32,000 bases of DNA from Xanthomonas campestris pv. campestris str. ATCC 33913 (GTDB lineage: Bacteria; Pseudomonadota; Gammaproteobacteria; Xanthomonadales; Xanthomonadaceae), in contig NC_003902.1 in NCBI RefSeq assembly GCF_000007145.1, forward strand, positions 4,316,497 through 4,348,496, written 5' to 3'. Each line of letters starts with the position of its first letter. Position 1 is the stretch's first letter. The notes beneath the pieces are model-generated. The model was not told the DNA's origin. It did not search any database and saw only the letters and a list, made by a program, of their open reading frames with translations. A program made the translations under genes and the position numbers. Shown here in pieces: positions 26,846 to 32,000 of this stretch.

Positions 26846-28789
26846 TCATTCGGCCGGTTCGCGTGCGGCGCGCACCGCGGTCACCAACTGCGCCACGCTG
26901 TAGGGCTTGGCCAAATGTTCCTGAAAGCCGGAGGCCAGCGCGCGCTGGCGATCGTCGTCGCGTGCCAACGCAGTGACCGCCACCGCCGGCAATGCGGTCG
27001 CATCCAGGCCCATGTTCTCGCGCACGGTGCGGATCAGCCCGTAGCCGTCCATGCCCGGCATGCCGATGTCGGTGAGCATCAGATCGAAGCGTGCATAGCC
27101 CCGGTGGTCGATCAGGGCCAACGCATCGGTGGCGCTGCCGGCGGTCACCACTTCGGCACCCTGCTCTTCCAGCAGGCGGCGCAGATAGTCGAGCATGTCC
27201 GGCTGGTCTTCCACCGCCAGCAAGCGCAGGCCATTGAGCGCGCGCGCTTCCACGATCTGCTCGGACATCAGCCGCCGACGCAGCTCAAGCCGCGGCCGCT
27301 TGGCCTGGTCGGGCTGATGCTCGGGCAGGCGCACGGTGAAGGTGGCTCCCTTGCCGCGCCCGCCGCTGGTGGCACCGACCTGGCCGCCATGCATTTCCAC
27401 CAGCTGCTGCACGATGGCCAGGCCCAGGCCCAGGCCGCCGTGCTGACGGGTGGTGGTGGCGTCGGCCTGGCGGAACCGGCCGAACAGATGCGGCAGGAAT
27501 TCCGAAGCGATGCCGTCGCCGGAATCGCGCACCGAAACGATGAAGTGGCCGTCGTCGTGCTCCACGGTCACATCGATGCGGCCGTGCGCGGGCGTGAACT
27601 TGATCGCGTTGGACAACAGATTCCAGAACACCTGCTGCAGCCGAGTGGCATCGCCCAGCACCAGACACGGTGTGGGCGGCACATGCAGCTGCAGGACCTG
27701 ATCCTTGCCCTCGGCCACCGGCTCCTGCGCGCCCAGGGCTTCGCGCACCTGCTCGGCCAGATCCAGCGATTCCACTTCCAGCTGCACCTTGCCCAGCAGC
27801 ATGCTGCTGAGGTCGAGCATGTCGGAGATCAGGCGTTTTTGCGCGCGGGCGCTGCTGGCGATGACCGACAGGCCCTTGTAGTTCGGGTGGCCCTCTTCGA
27901 CCCGCTGCAACAGCAGCTCGCTCCAGCCCAGGATGGTGGTGAGCGGCGTGCGCAGCTCGTGCGACAAGGTGGCCAGGAACTCGTCCTTGAGCCGCGCCAT
28001 GCTTTCGGCCTCGTTGCGGGCACTGCGCTCGGATTCGAGCAGTTGCTCACGCGCCAGGGCGATTTCGCGCTGTTCGGTCACGTCCGGGCTGCTGCCCGCC
28101 AGGCCAATGAAACGGCCGTCTGCGGAATAACGCGGAGTGGCGGTCATTTCGATCCAACGCCACTGGCCGTCGTGGCGGCGCGCGCGCACCAGCGCGTGCA
28201 GGCCGCGCTGTTCTTCCAGCGAGGCCGCCAACTCAAACTGGAACACCGGCACGTCTTCTGGATGCAGCAGTTCGCTCCAGGCCGACACGGTACCGCTGGA
28301 AATATCCACGCCGAAAAATTCGCCATAGGCGCTATTGACGAAACGCACCACACCTTGCGCATCGAGCACCCAGACCGGCATCGGCAGGCCGTCGGCCAGC
28401 GCGCTGAAGCGCGCCTCGCTTTCGGCCAGCTCGCGCTCCACGCGCTTGCGCTCGGTGATGTCCATGAACAGCACGGCCACCCGCTTGAGCTCCGGCGGCC
28501 CCACCCGAAACGCGTCCACCGAGTACCAGCGGTTCAGCGCCTTGGCCTGCATTTCAAAGTGGATGCGGTTGCCGGTTAGCGCCACATGCCCGTAGCGGTC
28601 GAACCATTCCTGCTCATGATCGGCGCGCAGGCTGCGCATCGAGACATTGGCGACCTCGGACAGGCCGGTGTAGCGCTGGAATGCCTCGTTGGTGACGCGG
28701 AAGATGTAATCGGTGGGCCGGTCGCCTTCAAACACCATGTCGATGATGCAGAAGCCGGCGTCCACGTTGTCGAAGATTTCGCGGTACAT
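26846..28789 (-). CDS. Hybrid sensor histidine kinase (PAS-PAS-HisKA-HATPase_c-REC)
   Basis: ORF 26846..29062. I placed the start at ATG 28789 (MYREIFDNVDAGF), but it could be an upstream GTG/TTG below 28984. The protein has two PAS regions, the H-box FLATLSHELRTPL, the N/G boxes NLLSNAIKFT, DSGDGI and GGLGLGLAIV, and a receiver domain (LLAVEDQPD...MLTDIGMPGMDG...AKP). Confidence 0.9.
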   Translation of the reverse strand: MYREIFDNVDAGFCIIDMVFEGDRPTDYIFRVTNEAFQRYTGLSEVANVSMRSLRADHEQEWFDRYGHVALTGNRIHFEMQAKALNRWYSVDAFRVGPPELKRVAVLFMDITERKRVERELAESEARFSALADGLPMPVWVLDAQGVVRFVNSAYGEFFGVDISSGTVSAWSELLHPEDVPVFQFELAASLEEQRGLHALVRARRHDGQWRWIEMTATPRYSADGRFIGLAGSSPDVTEQREIALAREQLLESERSARNEAESMARLKDEFLATLSHELRTPLTTILGWSELLLQRVEEGHPNYKGLSVIASSARAQKRLISDMLDLSSMLLGKVQLEVESLDLAEQVREALGAQEPVAEGKDQVLQLHVPPTPCLVLGDATRLQQVFWNLLSNAIKFTPAHGRIDVTVEHDDGHFIVSVRDSGDGIASEFLPHLFGRFRQADATTTRQHGGLGLGLAIVQQLVEMHGGQVGATSGGRGKGATFTVRLPEHQPDQAKRPRLELRRRLMSEQIVEARALNGLRLLAVEDQPDMLDYLRRLLEEQGAEVVTAGSATDALALIDHRGYARFDLMLTDIGMPGMDGYGLIRTVRENMGLDATALPAVAVTALARDDDRQRALASGFQEHLAKPYSVAQLVTAVRAAREPAE

Positions 28790-28983
28790 GCCCGAATCCA
28801 GCGTCGGCTCTGCGACGGGCGCCGATGCGGCGACGATCGATTCGGGGCTGAGGGCTGAAGTGCTCAAATCAGGGTCCACGGGTGATGCCAGGGCGGATGA
28901 CGAGCGGATGAAACCATGTCCGATGTCGTCGGCGGGTGCACATCGCGCTCGCACGCCGCAGGATCGCCCAACCTGCCGCCCTG

Positions 28984-29274
28984 CTACCAGAGCAGCGCGG
29001 CCACCGCCACGATGCCTGCGCTCAGCAGCATGATGCCGGCCACCAGCCCGCGAAATGCCCATTCACCTTCGCGCCGCAGTTGCTCGTCCACCCAACGCTG
29101 CGCCTCTTCGCGCCACAGGCCCGAACGCGCGTAGTCGACGTCCAGCAGCAGCAGGCGCACCCGCGACAGACCGAGCCGGGCGCATTCATCGCGGCATTGC
29201 TGGCTGAAGCTGTCGTCCGCATCGGCGACATGCGCTCCTTGCGGCAGGATGAGTTCCAGATCAGGACTGGACAT
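28984..29274 (-). CDS. Hypothetical 96-aa protein with a C-terminal TM anchor
   Basis: Strongly G/C-biased third positions on hand inspection. The C-terminal segment GLVAGIMLLSAGIVAVAALLW is hydrophobic. It overlaps the upstream ORF by 14 nt. Confidence 0.55.
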   Translation of the reverse strand: MSSPDLELILPQGAHVADADDSFSQQCRDECARLGLSRVRLLLLDVDYARSGLWREEAQRWVDEQLRREGEWAFRGLVAGIMLLSAGIVAVAALLW

Positions 29275-29755
29275 AACGCGGCCGCTCCTGGTCGAGTTCG
29301 CGCTCCAGCGCCATGCGTGCGAGCTGGGTGTAGTTGGCGCGCGGGCCCTGGCCGCGGCCGGTCAGCATTCCCTGGTAGTCCAGGCCCTGCCAGACGCGCC
29401 CGGTCCACTCCACACAATCCTCGGCGATGACCAGCATCAGCGAGTAGCGGTACTCCGCGCCGGTGGCCGAGGTGTAGGCGTACACGGGTGGAAACTGCAC
29501 GGCCACATCGACCTGGCGCGCCAGCGCGGCCAGATGCTCGCGCAGTGCTTCGCGGGCGTCGGCACCCGGTTCCAACGGCATGCTGCGGGTGGCCATGTCC
29601 AGGTCGAGATCGCTCTGCAGGGCCACGAAGGCGGCAGCGCCGGTGGCCGGATTGTGGCCGTGCTGCTTTGCCCAATCGATGAACTGCAGTCGCACGTCCG
29701 ACGGCATGTGTGCCGGCGCCGAGGGGGCTGATTTTGTGCGGGGGTAGGTGTCCAT
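29261..29755 (-). CDS. Hypothetical 164-aa protein
   Basis: The track ORF 29261..30151 is over-extended. ATG 29755 is preceded by GGAAGA and gives MDTYPRTKSAPSAP.... The product is non-repetitive and balanced in composition. I recognise no family. Confidence 0.55.
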   Translation of the reverse strand: MDTYPRTKSAPSAPAHMPSDVRLQFIDWAKQHGHNPATGAAAFVALQSDLDLDMATRSMPLEPGADAREALREHLAALARQVDVAVQFPPVYAYTSATGAEYRYSLMLVIAEDCVEWTGRVWQGLDYQGMLTGRGQGPRANYTQLARMALERELDQERPRYVQS

Positions 29756-29952
29756 GGCAGCGATCTTCCGGGCTGGGCCGTGAAGCGGAAGCGCAGGCCT
29801 GGTGAACCCTCCGTCAGCACCGCGGCCACCTGCATTAACCGGGCGGCAACGCGATGCCAGCCCCAGGCGCAGCGTGCGTTGCGGGGCGTGCAGGGCGGCC
29901 CCACACTGATCCTGTGCCCGGCGTTGCCGGCCATCTCTTCTGGAGGCTTTCC

Positions 29953-30534
29953 ATGAAACGTTTGCTTGTGTCCAGCGCGACCCTGCTGCTCGCCGGCCTG
30001 CTTGCCAGCACCGGGGCCACCGCCGGGGTGCGCAACGTGACCGATCCGGAGGCCCCGCGCGCCCTGTCCAGCGATGGCCCGGTGCAAGTGCGCTGGACCG
30101 ACCCGGCGCAGTTCTCCGATATCCGCTACAGCGGCAACCGCTGGGAAGCACAGCGCGGCGATTGGGTGACGCAGCTGGCCACCTATTTCCAGCGCAGCGC
30201 CGAGCGGCAGCTGCCGGACGGCCAACTCCTCAGCGTGGCCATCACCGATATCCGCCGCGCCGGCCAGTACGAGCCATGGCATGGCCCACGCATGCAGGAC
30301 GTGCGCGTGGTCAAGGACATCTACCCGCCGCGCATGAGCTTCGAATACACGTTGACCGATGCCAGTGGCGCGGTGATCGACCAGGGCGAACGCAAGCTGG
30401 TGGATTCGGCGTTCCTGACGAGCGGCCCGCGCGTGAACGACACCGACCCGATGCGCTTTGAAAAAGCGATGATCGACGACTGGGTGCGCAAGCAGTTCCG
30501 CGGCGATCGTGATCGAAATACCGCGCAGCGCTGA
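29953..30534 (+). CDS. Secreted DUF3016-like protein
   Basis: ORF 29854..30534. ATG 29953 follows TGGAGG (29941-29946) and gives the signal peptide MKRLLVSSATLLLAGLLASTGATAG. The pattern FSDIRYSG...LSVAITDIRRAGQYEPW...PPRMSFEYTL resembles DUF3016 (from memory). Confidence 0.65.
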   Translation: MKRLLVSSATLLLAGLLASTGATAGVRNVTDPEAPRALSSDGPVQVRWTDPAQFSDIRYSGNRWEAQRGDWVTQLATYFQRSAERQLPDGQLLSVAITDIRRAGQYEPWHGPRMQDVRVVKDIYPPRMSFEYTLTDASGAVIDQGERKLVDSAFLTSGPRVNDTDPMRFEKAMIDDWVRKQFRGDRDRNTAQR

Positions 30535-30577
30535 TGCAGCACGCGCAAAGCGCGACACGCACGCCATGCTGGAACAG

Positions 30578-30603
30578 ACAACGGCGCCTCAGGGCGCCGT
30601 TGT
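30578..30603. terminator. Stem-loop terminator between convergent genes
   Basis: A perfect 11-bp stem acaacggcgcc / ggcgccgttgt with loop tcag, followed by T-rich sequence. Confidence 0.7.
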
Positions 30604-30686
30604 TGCGTTCGTGTTGATCTGGGCATCCACTGCGCCACGCCCTACAGCTCAAGCCTGCGAAGCAGTGTTGTTAGCGCGCAGCGGCG

Positions 30687-31768
<1,082 letters not shown>

Positions 31769-31769
<1 letters not shown>

Positions 31770-32000
31770 TACGCGGCCTCCCGGTGCGGGCGCGTGCTGC
31801 GCGTGGACAGATAACGGAACACGTCCAGGCCTTCGGTATCGATCTCGGGCGTGCGGCCCTGCATCAGGTCGGCCAGGTAGCGGCCGGAGCCGCAGGCCAT
31901 GGTCCAGCCCAGCGTGCCGTGGCCGGTGTTGAGGAACAGGTTGGCGTACGGCGTGGCGCCCACCACCGGGGTGCCGTCCGGCGTGGCCGGGCGCAGGCCG
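31769..32000 (-). CDS. dadA: D-amino-acid dehydrogenase, C-terminal part (5' end beyond the window)
   Basis: The frame is open to the window edge. The C-terminus ...[54 protein letters not shown] matches the conserved DadA end. Confidence 0.85.

Noticed and set aside
26777-28579. 600-aa plus-strand ORF
   Set aside because: It is antisense to the hybrid histidine kinase, whose H, N, G and receiver motifs are unambiguous on the minus strand.

Overview
High-GC (about 65% by hand counts of sample lines) chromosomal segment. Its gene content and repeat types look like a Xanthomonas (citri/axonopodis-like) genome; that attribution is inference. Most of the window is ordinary core genome. Plus strand: galA (GH53 galactanase), aceE, yajQ, a DUF1415-like gene, an SDR and a DUF3016-like gene. 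Minus strand: metNIQ, an EamA transporter, a TonB-dependent receptor overlapping a secreted PHP-like hydrolase, a HAD/rsuA/rsmC-like chain, a PQQ sugar dehydrogenase, a PAS-PAS hybrid histidine kinase and dadA-alr. Two accessory modules stand out. (1) At 7712-9640 an AT-rich cassette of about 1.9 kb sits directly after the aceE terminator. I read it as a complete retron: a sigma70-like promoter, a 159-nt msr/msd-type non-coding region closed by a 16-bp a1/a2-type inverted repeat with a G immediately after the 5' arm, and a 564-aa retron-type reverse transcriptase (YADD, NAxxH-like and VTG motifs) fused to a C-terminal Toprim-like domain, as in Ec67. An IS5-family element (9749-11256) with perfect 21-bp inverted repeats but no visible target duplication lies just downstream. 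(2) At 1158-3136 a lipoprotein gene overlaps (ATGA) a class-3 lipase gene. The lipase carries a C-terminal XVIPCD-like domain with a Gln-rich tail, which matches a Xanthomonas T4SS antibacterial effector/immunity (X-Tfe/X-Tfi) pair. Many long ORFs in the track are antisense shadows of real genes in GC-rich DNA and were rejected. No tRNA, rRNA or CRISPR array was seen.
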